This document shows, one piece after another, positions 17,583 through 30,339 of a stretch of 64,000 bases of DNA. The translations under genes were made by a program, and so were the position numbers. Numbering within the stretch: the stretch's first letter is position 1; every line of letters begins with the position of its first letter. Source of the DNA: Eledone cirrhosa (taxonomy: Eukaryota); contig CAXHJY010001670.1 of NCBI GenBank assembly GCA_964016885.1, positions 1 through 64,000 of the forward strand, given 5' to 3'. The notes below the pieces were generated by a model. That model saw only the letters and a list, made by a program, of their open reading frames with translations. It did not search any database and had not been told where the DNA came from.

Positions 17583-19194
17583 ATTTTAGTGAAGACCAAC
17601 CTTCACTTCCATTGTCTCCAACAAATCAACCACCACCACCACCACCACAACAACAACAACCTCCACCACCACTACCACCGCCACCACTACTACCACCACC
17701 ACCCCCACCTCTATCACAGCAACCAACACCACCATCGCTATCACCGCAAAAGCTACCCCCACCACAACTTCCCCCGCCGCCACCACCACCACCAACCACA
17801 CCGCCACTACTCCCGCCACCGCCCGCCGCCACTACCACAGTCGTCATCGCAACAACAACAACAACAACAATCATCACTACCGCCGCCGCCGCCACCACAA
17901 CATCCACCACCACAACTACCACCGCCAACACCTCCACCTTTACCACCACGTCTACCACCGCCACAACAAACACAAACACCACCACCGCCGCCGCCGCCGC
18001 CGCCGCCACAATCGCAACAAAAGCAACACCAAAACATACCCACGGGATTCCAGCCGACCACCACTATTCCCGCGGAAAGCGATCCTTTCGGAAGTGTGCC
18101 CTTCGGAAGTATGGCGCCGTCCAGGACTTTAGTCCCGGCCGTTGTATGCACGAGTAGCGAGGAGACAATGCGAAACCCGGCCCCTCCTTCACCAGCTGTG
18201 CCGTCCCGACTACTCAAGCAGGCCGACCCGTCCTCTCTCTATAATGATTCACCGTTCGGCAGCTCTTTGGACGCCAACTTCGCCAACATGTGCCTCGACC
18301 TGCCCTCCTTGTCGGTGTCCACCGAACCGGCATTCGAAACAGCTTTCATTCCAATAGGAACAACAACAGCAGCATCAATAGCAACAGTAACAGCAACAGC
18401 AGCAACAGCTTCTGGTTATTATATCCCAGCGCTGCCACCGCCTCTACCAAATGAACAACAACAGCAACAGCTCTCACCCTCACATCATTTGACAATCAAC
18501 CCAGCTACAACGTTCTCTTTCATCACCACGCCGCCACCAACCTCATCCTTTTCGTCACCGGCCATCAATACGGTCGCCTCTGATGATTTCGTGAATTCGG
18601 ATATTTACCAGTGGGCCGCCAATAGCGGCAACCTAGCCAATACTCTATCTCCGTCGTCAACGCCGGCGGGGTTAAATATGCTCTACTCGACTCCGCCGAA
18701 ACCTCGATCGGCGTCCGTACGGCGCTACAAGAACAGAGTCGACCAAGATTTACAAGACGAAATGCGTCCTCGGACAAGTTCAATGCCGACGAAAAATACC
18801 TGGCGGAAACCGCAGCTCCTCGGACCGCCACCTTGGTCAGGGGAATACACCGACGATCTCTTCGTCCGGGATTCAGATGACATACCGTACTGCAATGAAC
18901 CCGACAATCAAGGCCAGTGTTCACCAACGGCCGCCTATCGTATGCGGTCCTTCACGACAACGTCTAAAGGTTTGGTGAACCGCGGCGATTCTCTGGTGAC
19001 AAACTACAGTTGGATATCACCAAACAACAGTGTCAGCGACTACCCGTCGGGCTCAAACAGCACCTCATCGCTAACATCAGCACAGGCCTATAAGGTGCTT
19101 GTTTTAGGGTCACCCAGTGTGGGCAAGGCGGCGATCATACAGCAAATGATGACCTCAGAGTACATGGGGTGGAAAAGTACAGATTCCTATGAAG
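17583..19194 (+). CDS. N-terminal coding exon of an RGK-family (Rem/Rad/Gem-like) small GTPase; start uncertain (17439 if TAG is bypassed, else 18111)
   Basis: YRMRSFTTTSKGLVNRGDS motif and G1 region YKVLVLGSPSVGKAAIIQQMMTSEYM typical of invertebrate RGK proteins; RPRTSSMP phospho/14-3-3-type motif; acceptor TTCTTCAG at 17193 and donor GAAG|GTAGGT at 19194; no downstream exon recognised in window. Confidence 0.8.
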
Positions 19195-19307
19195 GTAGGT
19201 GGCAACTAAACTGTCTTTATGGTGTCCCAATGGCTTCTTACTTACATATATAGATATATACATACATATAAACGTGTGCATATAAACATATACATACAAA
19301 CATACAT

Positions 19308-19351
<44 letters not shown>

Positions 19352-19359
19352 ATATATAT

Positions 19360-19548
19360 AACGAAGGAGGTTTGGTAAGGAACCAGATGGACCATAACGC
19401 ATCAGAGTACTCAATACTTAGGCTAGTAGAGTGGGTAATAGGAAAAAGTTTAAAACCGACGGCAGAGTTCAAGCCGTTTCGACGGCTATTTCTGGGCGGA
19501 AATCGCCGTCGAAACGGCTTGAACTCTGCCGTCGGGGTTAAACATTTT

Positions 19549-19550
<2 letters not shown>
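19360..19550 (-). mobile_element. Family-A fold-back element
   Basis: Same tail and palindrome as 6874-7064; (TA)n flanks. Confidence 0.85.
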
Positions 19551-19611
<61 letters not shown>

Positions 19612-19614
<3 letters not shown>

Positions 19615-19831
19615 GTAATTCCGTCGGAAAGGTCCAGGAAAAAAGAGTGCTCAATGTAGGTTACATAGCTTATTAGTTATGTAATAAACAACATAAGATA
19701 ATTATTTCATTTACCAGTGGTTTCTTGAAAGCAAACAAAATTTGCTTTCAGTCATCAGAATGAAAGCAAATTTTGTTTGCTTTCAAGAAACCACTGGTAA
19801 ATGAAATAATTATCTTATGTTGTTTATTACA

Positions 19832-19837
<6 letters not shown>
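19612..19837 (-). mobile_element. Family-D fold-back element
   Basis: Perfect 77-bp arms 19674-19750 and 19761-19837; (TA)n flanks. Confidence 0.8.
19705..19765 (-). ncRNA. Type-I hammerhead ribozyme (family D)
   Basis: Minus strand reads TTTCATT [CTGATGA] C TGAAAGCAAA ttttg TTTGCTTTCA A [GAAA] CCA c TGG [TA] AATGAAA. Confidence 0.8.
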
Positions 19838-19880
<43 letters not shown>

Positions 19881-19892
19881 GTACATACATAC

Positions 19893-20890
19893 ATGAGGAT
19901 TGCAGCGTCTTCACAGACGATTGCCGTTTGTTATTGATTCTTCATTGTCATCCTAGCTGCGTCTATGACTTCGTAGATGACTTGGTAGACCAGATGTAGA
20001 TCTGCATAGTTTACATCACAGGTGACAGAAGAGAGCTCTGCTTTCCACAGGATCGGTGAGGTCACTCTGTGACACACAATCTTTATGCACCGCCATGTGT
20101 TTTTTTTTTAGTCCGGAACTAGTTCTACACACTTTGTTGCATATCACGCATGTTGTTTCGCAAGTTCTTTGTTGAGTGCTGTTGTGAGTGGTTATCCTTT
20201 CATGTGACTTCATACATACATGATGCTGATGGCTGCAACTCGATTTCAAGTAATGCATACATACATATATACATACATGCATTCAAGCATGCATATATAC
20301 ATGCATACATAGACATAGAATGCATATATACATGCATACATAGACATAGAATGCATATATACATGCATACACAGAAACATACATACGAACATACATGATG
20401 GCTGCAAGCTCTGCTAAGAGTACTGCAATCGCTTGTCAGATTACAGAGTTTGGTGCACTTTTAGGCTATGGCCAGCTACACAAATATGTAACATATCCTG
20501 AACAAGCAATGCCTGTGCTTTGAAGCTTTTTTAAGTGGGGAATCGCCTTGCACTCGACCAATCCCACTCTCTGAGCATCGAAAACACTACCCCGAAAAGG
20601 AGAACTGGTCAATATCATCGGATGCTTCCGAAATCGCAGGTTATTTTCAGAGTTTCCCCTCTCCTAGAAAGGTGTTGTTACAACAACTGGGGGCCTTTCA
20701 CTTCCAGGTGAAAAAAAAAAAAGGTACTATTTGGATGGCCTTTGACTCTGCTGAACGACCTTTGCCAGGTCTTGTATTTCATTCCACAGGGTGTCCAAAT
20801 ATCACCCTCCTCACCAAGAAAGCTTGGTGGGCTTGCCGGTTTAGTCGCCGACGACCCGACCGTGAGACAGGTTGTACTGGGTTACATGTT
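19893..20890 (-). mobile_element. Nested RTE-like LINE 3' fragments with (TGTA)n tails
   Basis: C2H2-like CVICNKVCRTSSGLKKKH in ORF 20016-20282; ..GCAGCCATCA(TGTA)n ends; 20730-20890 is homologous to 42110-42240 and 43050-43215. Confidence 0.55.
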
Positions 20891-20920
20891 ACTAGTAACA
20901 ATCGAAAGCAACCTTATACA

Positions 20921-20972
<52 letters not shown>

Positions 20973-20975
<3 letters not shown>

Positions 20976-21098
20976 AAAAATTGAACGGGAATAAAACAGA
21001 GAGGCAGTACGAACAAAGGTTTATTAGTTTCACGCTCTTGAGAGTGGGGTGGTGGTGGGGAACGACGTTTCGGGCATAAGCCCTTCTTCAGGTGAAAA

Positions 21099-21100
<2 letters not shown>
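20973..21100 (-). mobile_element. Penelope-type terminal fragment with degenerate minimal hammerhead
   Basis: Minus strand reads CAC CTGAAGA A GGGC ttat GCCC GAAA CG TC GT; weak stem I; related copy at 55514-55592. Confidence 0.6.
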
Positions 21101-21153
<53 letters not shown>

Positions 21154-21170
21154 TATATATATATATATAT

Positions 21171-21501
21171 ATAAAATGGAAAACGAAGAATCAGTGATGC
21201 ATCGGAACTGAGTTCATTACGTATTACAATTGTTTCCCCGGCGAACAGCTCGAGGTGCGATCTATGTGTCGATCGAACCTGACTCTAGACGTGTCTGAGG
21301 AACCTGCGAATCCAGAGCCAGGTTCGATCCACACACAGATGGCACCTCGAGCTGTTCGCCGGAGAAACAATTGTAATACGTAATGAACTGAGTTCCGATG
21401 CATCACTGATTCTTCGTTTTCCATTTTATCATACTCTGCTCCGTAGCAGCATAGAGTGCTGAGCCTGCATACCACCTATGGACGCATCGTAGCTACCATA
21501 A

Positions 21502-21505
<4 letters not shown>
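21171..21505 (+). mobile_element. Family-E fold-back element
   Basis: Arms about 21171-21287 and 21313-21429; tail with GAGTGCT at 21454; (TA)n flanks. Confidence 0.8.
21289..21381 (+). ncRNA. Type-I hammerhead ribozyme with large stem-II domain (family E)
   Basis: ACGTGT [CTGAGGA] A CCTGCGAA..TTCGCCGG A [GAAA] CAATTG [TA] ATACGT; predicted cleavage after A21375. Confidence 0.7.
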
Positions 21506-21538
<33 letters not shown>

Positions 21539-21684
21539 GTGCATATATACATGCATACATACATGCATACATACAAACATACATACATACATATAAACAT
21601 ATATACATGCATATATGCATACATTCAAACATGCATAGATATATTTCTTTATTTTTTTTTTATAGATAGACACTTACAAACGTG

Positions 21685-21764
<80 letters not shown>

Positions 21765-22157
21765 CACACACACACATATACATATACATATATAGATAGA
21801 TATAGTTAAGAAATAGACAAGTCGCAAACACACACGTGTGTCTGTGTATGTGTCTATATATATATATGTGTGTGTGGGTGTATTATTATGTGTATTAACA
21901 TTTCTTCTTTAATACAACCAAAATAAATTCTCGGAGAAAAAGAAAATGGAAGAAAAAAAAACGAGACAACAACATCAACAACAACAAAAACAACATTATT
22001 GAATGTCACAGTCACATGCTGAAGAAAACTTTATATCATACATTTTCTCTGGGGTTCCTCTACAAATTATCTTTAACAACGAGACAGCTCGGACTTTCAA
22101 CATGGCATATGTTCGAATTATTAGCTTCTCCTGCTTCGTCCTTTTCAGTTTGTTGAT

Positions 22158-22189
<32 letters not shown>

Positions 22190-22191
<2 letters not shown>

Positions 22192-22532
22192 CGAAGGAAA
22201 TGTGGTAAGGAACCAGGTGGACCATAACGCACCAAAGTACTCAATACTTAGGGTAGTAGAGTGGGTAATAGGAACGAGTAAGACCCCGACGGCTGAGCTC
22301 AAGCCGTTTCGACGGCTAATTCTGGACTATATATATATATGAAAAAGTATGACCCCGACGGCAGAGCTGAAGCCGTTTCGACGGCTATTTCTTGACTCCA
22401 GAAATAGCCGTCGAAACGGCTTGAGCTCTGCCGTCGGGGTCAAACTTTTTCCTATTTCCCACTCTACTACCATAAGTATTGAGTACTCTGGTACGTTATG
22501 GTCCATCTGGTTCCTTACCACAATTCCTTTGT

Positions 22533-22533
<1 letters not shown>
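22190..22533. mobile_element. Two adjacent family-A elements in opposite orientation
   Basis: 22190-22327 and 22341-22533, separated by (TA)n. Confidence 0.85.
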
Positions 22534-22558
<25 letters not shown>

Positions 22559-22564
<6 letters not shown>

Positions 22565-22915
22565 TTCAAAATATTAACAAATATAGACATTCATGTGATG
22601 AAGTATATTTTATAGATATTTCAGAGATACTGAGCTATTTCAACAGTACGTCCTCGTCAGATAAAATAAGTTGATGCTTGACATACCTTGTATGTCAAGC
22701 ATCAACTTATTTTATCTGACGAGGACGTACAGTTGAAATAGCTCAGTAGCTCTGAAATATGTATAATAAAATATACTTGATCACATGAATGTCTATATTT
22801 GTTAATATTTTGAATTAATATTAATAACTCCATAAATTCTTTTAGTGGAGTGCTTCTAATCTATTGTGAAACTTTATTCATTGATTTATTCATTGAACCT
22901 TGTTTAACCTTTAAT
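22559..22915 (+). mobile_element. Family-F fold-back element with hammerhead at 22708-22773
   Basis: Arms about 22559-22686 and 22690-22820; TATTTTAT CTGACGA..GAAA TATGTA TA ATAAAATA; GAGTGCT at 22848. Confidence 0.7.
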
Positions 22916-23176
22916 TATATATATATATATACACACATATATATACAAACACACACACATATATACAAACACACACACATATATATATAAATATATTTAG
23001 AAGGAGTCGTAGCTCGACGGCTAAGCTCTTGCCGTTTTATCAACTCTTGCTATTTCAACAGCAAGAGCTCAGCCGACGGTCCGATAATATAGCAATACTC
23101 TACTTCCCCAAGAATCGAGTATTCGGTTGAGTAATGGTGTAACTAATTTTAAACTAGTTCTCTCCTGATATATATA

Positions 23177-23347
23177 TAGGTAAAATTTCGTTATAACGAA
23201 TTTTTCAGTATAACGACATTTTTGTCAATCCCCGAAGTAATAACAAACAAACGCTCGATTTGTTTCGGTTGATTTCGTTATAAAGAATTTTTCGTTACAA
23301 CGATTTTTTTAATGCCCAATGAATTTCGTTATAACGGAATTTCACTA
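23177..23347. mobile_element. Tigger/pogo-like MITE
   Basis: Imperfect TIRs with repeated TTCGTTATAACG palindromic subterminal motifs. Confidence 0.55.
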
Positions 23348-23354
23348 CGCACGC

Positions 23355-23431
<77 letters not shown>

Positions 23432-23454
23432 TCTCTCTCTCTATATATATATCA

Positions 23455-23760
23455 CGTTTCCTGTTCATTGTTTACATGAACAGAATTGACATGCGCAGCC
23501 GGACTGGAAGTGACATCATGACTGGCGGGTGTAATATCAGTTGGCACGAATTTGCAGACGACATGGTGTTACTTAACTCGGCATAAGATGATCTTCGACT
23601 TGCACTTGATAGGTTTGATGTCTAGTGCTGATTGGCTGGATTGAAAATCGGGGCTGGGAAAACTGAGACACATGTCCTCTCAAAGAAGCCTCCACAGTGC
23701 CCTCTACATGTAAATCGAGTTCCACTGAAGCAGGTAGAGAAGTTCAAGTATCTCAAAGAG
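23455..23760 (+). pseudogene. Decayed LINE reverse-transcriptase fragment (RTE-like)
   Basis: TTTGCAGACGAC (FADD) and LKIGAGKTE..QVEKFKYL, with stops. Confidence 0.7.
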
Positions 23761-24015
23761 GTTTCCGTAGGTGGCGAGTTTGTGATTTCTCGGGAATTCC
23801 TATATAAGTTTATCTTGGAGTAATAATATTGAAAGAGTGAAGAATAACATGGTCAACAGTACAAAAAAGGGGTTTTATTTACTGTTGACGATGTTATTCT
23901 TCACTCTTTCATACTATATATATATATATATGACCCTGTATATATATTTGTGTGTGTGTCTGTGTGTGCATTGAACAATAAAAAAAAAAGACCAAAAGTT
24001 TATAGGTCCTCAATT

Positions 24016-24096
24016 TGTTTTACGATCGTTTCAGAGGGCTGATTGATCGTGGTAAATCGATTTGCTAAGACCATCCCACCGTCTTTTTCAGAAACA
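24016..24096 (-). ncRNA. Degenerate hammerhead (G8A) in a decayed fold-back element
   Basis: Minus strand reads TGTTT CTGAAAA AGA..TCT GAAA CGATCG TA AAACA. Confidence 0.45.
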
Positions 24097-24507
24097 GATA
24101 TCGAGACTAGAAATAGATGATGACATAACCAAAATCTATTAGTCAATATATTGATTTATTATGATCAATCAACCCTCGAAAATGAATGTTAAACAATGAA
24201 ATGAACCTCTCTTCGATTTCTGTATTATTTTCATTGTTCAACACACACATACACACACAGACACACACACACACACACCACACCACACCACACCACACCA
24301 CACCACACCACACCACACCACACCACACCACACCACACCACACCACACCACACCACACCACACCACACCACACCACACCACACCACACCACACCACACCA
24401 CACACACACACACACACAATGAATGTGATATTGTAGTCTTATTGAAACCTGCGTATAAAAGAAAGAATAAATAATAATTTCATATTCTTGACTCTTTTAT
24501 AACATTG

Positions 24508-24611
<104 letters not shown>

Positions 24612-24749
24612 CACACACACACATACACACACATATATATATACACATACACACATACACACACATACACATACATATATATGCTGTTCTGCCTTTCTTC
24701 TCAACTCCAGCGCCAGCACTCTCATCACCTGTCAGCTTTCTCCACAGCC

Positions 24750-25315
24750 GACCACCACCACCACCACCACGACGATGACCACTACCATCAACCACCACCA
24801 TGCAACCACCATCATCAACCACCACCGACCAACTTCACCACCACCACCAACCATCACTTCCACCAACCACCACCACCACCACCACTATCATCATCACCAC
24901 CAACCACCACCACCACCACCACTATCATCACCACCACCACCACCACCACTATCATCATCACCACCACCACCACCACTATCATCATCACCACCACCACCAC
25001 CACTATCATCACCTCCACCAACCACCACCACCACCAACCACCACCACCACCACTATCATCACCACCACCACCACCATCAGCACCACCACCACCACCGCAA
25101 TCAGCACCACCACACCTACCACCACCAACACCACCATCAGCACCACCACACCACCACCACCAACCACCACCACCACCACCACCACCACCATCACCTCCAC
25201 CAACCACCACTATCATCACCACCACCACTATCATCACCACCACCACTATCATTACCACCACCACCAACACCAACATCAGCACCACCACACCACCACACCA
25301 CCACCACCGCCACCA
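24750..25315. repeat. (CCA)n/(CAT)n trinucleotide tract
   Basis: Low-complexity ACC/ATC repeats. Confidence 0.9.
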
Positions 25316-25711
25316 TATTTCAAGGTTATGCAAGATTACATATTTCATTGCTAGTTCCTCTACGTCAAAAACCAATAATTCCATACAGACAATGGTGAAT
25401 TAATAACCAGCAAGGAGCGGCAACAATTGTCACACTGCAGGGCTTTCTACAGATACACACTCACTCATATATATATATCTGTCTCTGGCTGTGGCTGTGT
25501 GTGTATGTATATGTGTGTGTGTGTGTGAACACACTCACTCATATATATATATATATCTGGCTGTGGCTGTGTGTGTATGTATATGTGTGTGTGTGTGAAC
25601 ACACTCACTCATATATATATATATATATATATCTGTCTCTGGCTGTATGTATATGTGTGTGTGTGTGCGTGTGTGTGTGTGTGTGCACGTATGTATGTGT
25701 GTACGAGTACA

Positions 25712-25748
<37 letters not shown>

Positions 25749-26226
25749 ACGTATGTATGTGTGTACGAGTACATGTATGTATATGTGTGTGTGTGTGTGT
25801 GTGTGTACGTATGTATGTATGTGTGTACGAGTACATGTATGTATATATGTTCATGTATGTATGTGTGTACGTGTGCATGTATGTATATATGTACATATAT
25901 ATATATGTGTGTGTGTGTGTGCACGTATGTATGTATGTATGTACGAGTACATGTATGTATATATGTTCATGTATGTATGTATTCGTATTATCTGTGTGCT
26001 TGCATCTGTATGTATGTGTGCACGTGTGCATTTATGTATATATGTACATATATATATATATGTGTGTGTGTGTGTGCACGTATGTGTGTGTGTGTGTGTG
26101 TGCACGTATGTATGTGTGTACGAGTACATGTATGTATGTGTGTTCATGTATGTATGTATTCGTATTATCTGTGTGCATGCATCTGTATGTATATGTGTAC
26201 GTGTGCATTTATGTATATATGTACAC

Positions 26227-26266
<40 letters not shown>

Positions 26267-26678
26267 ATTTATGTATGTATGTGTGCATGCATGTGTATGA
26301 ATGTATGAATGTTTGTATGTTTGTATGCAAGTGTTTGTATGTATGTATCTATCTATCTCTCTCTCTCTCTATATATATATGTAATTATGTTTGTATATGT
26401 GCACCCATGTATATATGTATGAATGTATTTATGTATGCATGTATATGTGTGAATCTATGTATATGTATATACGTATATATGTACGTATGTGTGTATGTAT
26501 GTATGTATGTATGTATATATGTATGTATATATGTGTGTATGCATGTATATATGTATGAATGTATTTATGTATGCATGTATATGTGTGAATCTATGTATAT
26601 GTATATACGTATATATGTACGTATGTGTGTATGTATGTATGTATATATGTATGTATATATGTGTGTATGCATGTATAT

Positions 26679-27843
26679 AAGGCAGAATTCTAGGAGAAGG
26701 AAAACTCTGATATAACACTTGCAACCCTGATGGTATCCAATGATGTTGACTTGTTCTTCTTTTTGGTAAATATCATCTTGGTTAAGAGAGTTGGACTGGC
26801 TTTGTGCAGTGCCTTTACTCACTATAAAAGCTTCACGGCACAGGCATTGCTTTATATCTGGAGATCTCTCTGCACTTGTCGTCACCTGGCACCATGGGCC
26901 CAGCACTATGTGTCAATAATTGTCACAAGTGTAGTGTTTGTACCAGAGTTTTCAAGTCGCTGGCTGGACAAAAAAGTCACACTCGTTCAGCGCATCGGTA
27001 GGAGTTCTCCTACATGGATATAAAGTAGTGGCCGTACTCGAAAACGAGTTGGCAGCCACCACCATATATGTGTGTATGCATGTATATAAGGCAGAATTCT
27101 AGGAGAAGGAAAACTCTGATATAACACCTGCAACCCTGATGGTATCCAATGATGTTGACTTGTTCTTCTTTTTGGTAAATATCATCTTGGTTAAGAGAGT
27201 GGGACTGGCTTTGTGCAGTGCCTTTGCTCACTATGAAAGCTTCACGGCGCAGGCATTGCTTTATATCTGGAGATCTCTCTGCACTTGTCGTCACATGGTG
27301 CCATGGGCCCAGCACTATGTGTCAATGGTTGTCACAGGTGTAGTGTTTGTACCAGAGTTTTCAAGTCGCTGGCTGAACTAAAAAGTCACACTTGTTTAGC
27401 ACATCGGTAGGGTTTCTCCTACATGGATATAAAGTAGTGGCCGTACTCGAAAACGAGTTGGCAGCCACCATGCATGTATATAAGGCAGAATTCTAGGAGA
27501 AGGAAAACTCTGATATAACACCTGCAACCCTGATGGTATCCAATGATGTTGACTTGTTCTTCTTTTTGGTAAATATCATCTTGGTTAAGAGAGTGGGACT
27601 GGCTTTGTGCAATGTATTTGCTCACCATAAAAGCTTCACGGCACAGGCATTGCTTTATATCTGGAGATCTCTCTGCACTTGTCGTCACATGGTACCATGG
27701 GCCCAGCACTATGTGTCAATAATTGTCACAAGTGTAGTGTTTGTACCAGACAAAAAGTCACACTTGTTCACCGCATCGGTAGGGGTTCTCCTACATGGAT
27801 ATAAAGTAGTGGCCGTACTCGAAAACGAGTTGGCAGCCACCAT
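26679..27843 (+). mobile_element. Three head-to-tail copies (about 390-410 bp) of an RTE-like LINE 3' end encoding a C2H2 finger
   Basis: Unit AGGCAGAATTCTAGG..GGCCGTACTCGAAAACGAGTTGGCAGCCACCA; HKCSVCTRVFKSLAGLKSHTRSAHR finger seen in homologous copies. Confidence 0.7.
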
Positions 27844-28135
27844 GCATGTATATATGTGTGAATATATGTATGTGTATATGTATGTATCTGTCTGTGCATA
27901 TATCTATATATTTATGTATTTGTATATATGTATGTATGTGTACATATATATATCTGAGTGTGTATATATCTATTCAAGTATGTACGAAGAAGACACGTGG
28001 ACTGTTCCGCCCTTTAGCACAAGGTGGTGAGTTCGATTCCCTGCGGCGCTTTTTATTCTGGGGCCTAATTTTTCATGTTACTCCAGTCCCCTTAGCTGGC
28101 AACCATAGATGTACCTGTAACTCAAAGGGCCTGAT

Positions 28136-28696
28136 GAGTCTCCCTGAGAACAACGGTAATAGTACACGTCTCTGCAGAATGTTCAGGCACTTGAACGTTG
28201 ATAGAAGATGGTTTGTACTTGTAATTGAAAGGGCCAGCTTTGTCAGACACTCTGCCATGCTGAATCTCCTTGAGAACAACGGTAAAAGTACACGTCTCTG
28301 CAGAATGCTCAGGCACTTGCACGTTAATAGATGGACTGTACCTGTAATTGAATGGTTCAGCTTTGTCACATCCACGTGCCATGCTGAATCTCCCTGAGAA
28401 CAACGGGAAGAATACAAGCTTCTGTGGAATGCTCAGACATTTGAACGTTAATAGAAGATGGATTGTACCTGTAATTTAAAGGGCCAGCTTTGTCACCCAC
28501 TCTGTCATGCTGAATCTCCCTGAGAACAGCGATAATAGTACACGCTTCTATCGAATGCTCAGGCACTTGCACGTTAATAGAAGATGGATTGTACCTGTAA
28601 TTGAAAGGGCCAGCTTTGTCACACCCACGTATCATGCCGAATCTCCCTGAAAACAACGATAATAGTACACACTGTGTCACGTTGAATCTCCCTGAG
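28136..28696. repeat. About 126-bp tandem repeat, about 4.4 copies
   Basis: GA(A/G)TCTCC anchors at 28136, 28262, 28386, 28512, 28639 and 28684. Confidence 0.85.
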
Positions 28697-30339
28697 ATTT
28701 ACGTTAAGATTTTTCATAAGATGTAGCTTGTATACTGTGAACTATTTATTCATCCTACTCTCGTTGGTGTTATCTAAATATTCGATTTATGTCGAGTCTT
28801 GTTGATGATTTTTTTTTATTTTAGATTTTGGTATTCAGCTGGCTTGCTTCTGTTTAGCCGTTTCGTTCCTACGTGAATTGAAATACTCTCCTATGTGTTC
28901 TTTCAGAATGACAAGAGATATTATATACTGGTGGCTATTGACAGTAGGTCAATACATGTTATTACATATCTTTATAAACTCTTTAGTATCTTCAATACCA
29001 ACATTAGTGTTTTATTTAATTTTATTTTTATATTTTATTTTTAAAATTTTTTTCTCTATCAAAAATGATAGCTTATCGAAACGAGAAGAAAAGCTTTTTT
29101 TCCCTTTCAAACTGTGGTTTGAAACTGTTTTCCAAACTTCTATATTCTGCTGTCATTCCTGACGGATCAGTTTCATGTGGGGATAGATATTGAAAGGGTT
29201 GAGCGATGGGGTGATGTTTGCTCTTCACTGGTTTTCGATGCCTTCAGAAAATCGAGAAACATCGCAAGGAATTAGAAATATCAACTGCCATCACTGACAG
29301 CTATTTTATGGAAGACGAAAGATGCTAAACTTGTCGAAGGTATCAAGCTGTGAAATAGTTTAAATTCGGGCGAAACACGTGTTAGCAGTTCTTTAACTCT
29401 TACATATATACGATAGAAGGATTTGTTTTTAAAAACTAATTTTTTTTATGATAAAGTTGTTAGAAAATTGGATTTACGTATTAAGGCAAATTGTAGCGGG
29501 GAGATATTTTATACCGTCATAGATAAGAGTATAGATTGTTTTAGTACTGTTGAGAGAGAGGGGGGGGGGAGATGGTGGCTGGGAGAAAGGGGATGAGAGA
29601 TGGTGGCTGAGAGAGAGAGAGAGACGGAGAGAGATGGGAGGGAGGGTGGTGAGAGATGGTGGCAGAGAGAGAGAGAGAGTAAGTAGAGGTAACGGGGGGA
29701 GGAAAACGAGAGAGAGAGAGAGTAGATATAACAGGCGAGGGAGAGGAGGAGAGAGAGAGTAGATATAACAGAGGGAAGAAGAGAAAGAAACTAGATAAAA
29801 CAGGGGGAAGGAGAGAGGAAGAGAAAGAGTAGATATAAGAGAGGGAAGGGGAGAGAGAGAGTCGATATAACCACCACTACAACCACCACCACCACTACCA
29901 CCAACACTACAACCACCACTACCACCACCACAACCACCACTACACCACCAGAACCAACATCAGGTCACTCCTACTCATAACATCATTATCGATAATATGA
30001 ACGCCCCCCCCCCCCAAAAAAAAAGAACAACAACAAGAACAGAAACTCAATCTCCATCAGTGGCCCTCAACAACCCACGTCCAGCCAGTTTTATTTTATT
30101 TATTATCTAAGAAAGAGTAAATATGTCCCGGGAGATGTAAAAATGGAATTTGGCCAGAAAACAAAATATTCATTATTTGACAGTAAATCGTTGGAAGATT
30201 TTGCAAAACAGACAGAAAATGTAAATATTACGATATTAATGTTTTCAAGATAAAAGCTGCTGCTGCTGCTACTACTACTACTACTAATTCTAATTCTAGA
30301 TAAGAAATCGTTATTAGGGTAGTTATAAGAGACGGTTGA

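Noticed and set aside
23830-23911. Short palindrome as another ribozyme element or pre-miRNA
   Set aside because: Arms are real, but no hammerhead core is visible and there is no evidence for miRNA processing.
28005-28055. tRNA gene (B box GTTCGATTCC plus T run)
   Set aside because: No cloverleaf or A box; probably a SINE remnant. The same applies to SINE heads elsewhere.
28136-28696. CRISPR-like or hammerhead array (CTGATGA at 28131)
   Set aside because: Units are contiguous without unique spacers, the context is eukaryotic, and no GAAA/stem III follows the CTGATGA.
28907-28950. Candidate second RGK exon after TTTCAG
   Set aside because: The phase-1 join gives an immediate stop, and no frame resembles the expected G2/G3 region.
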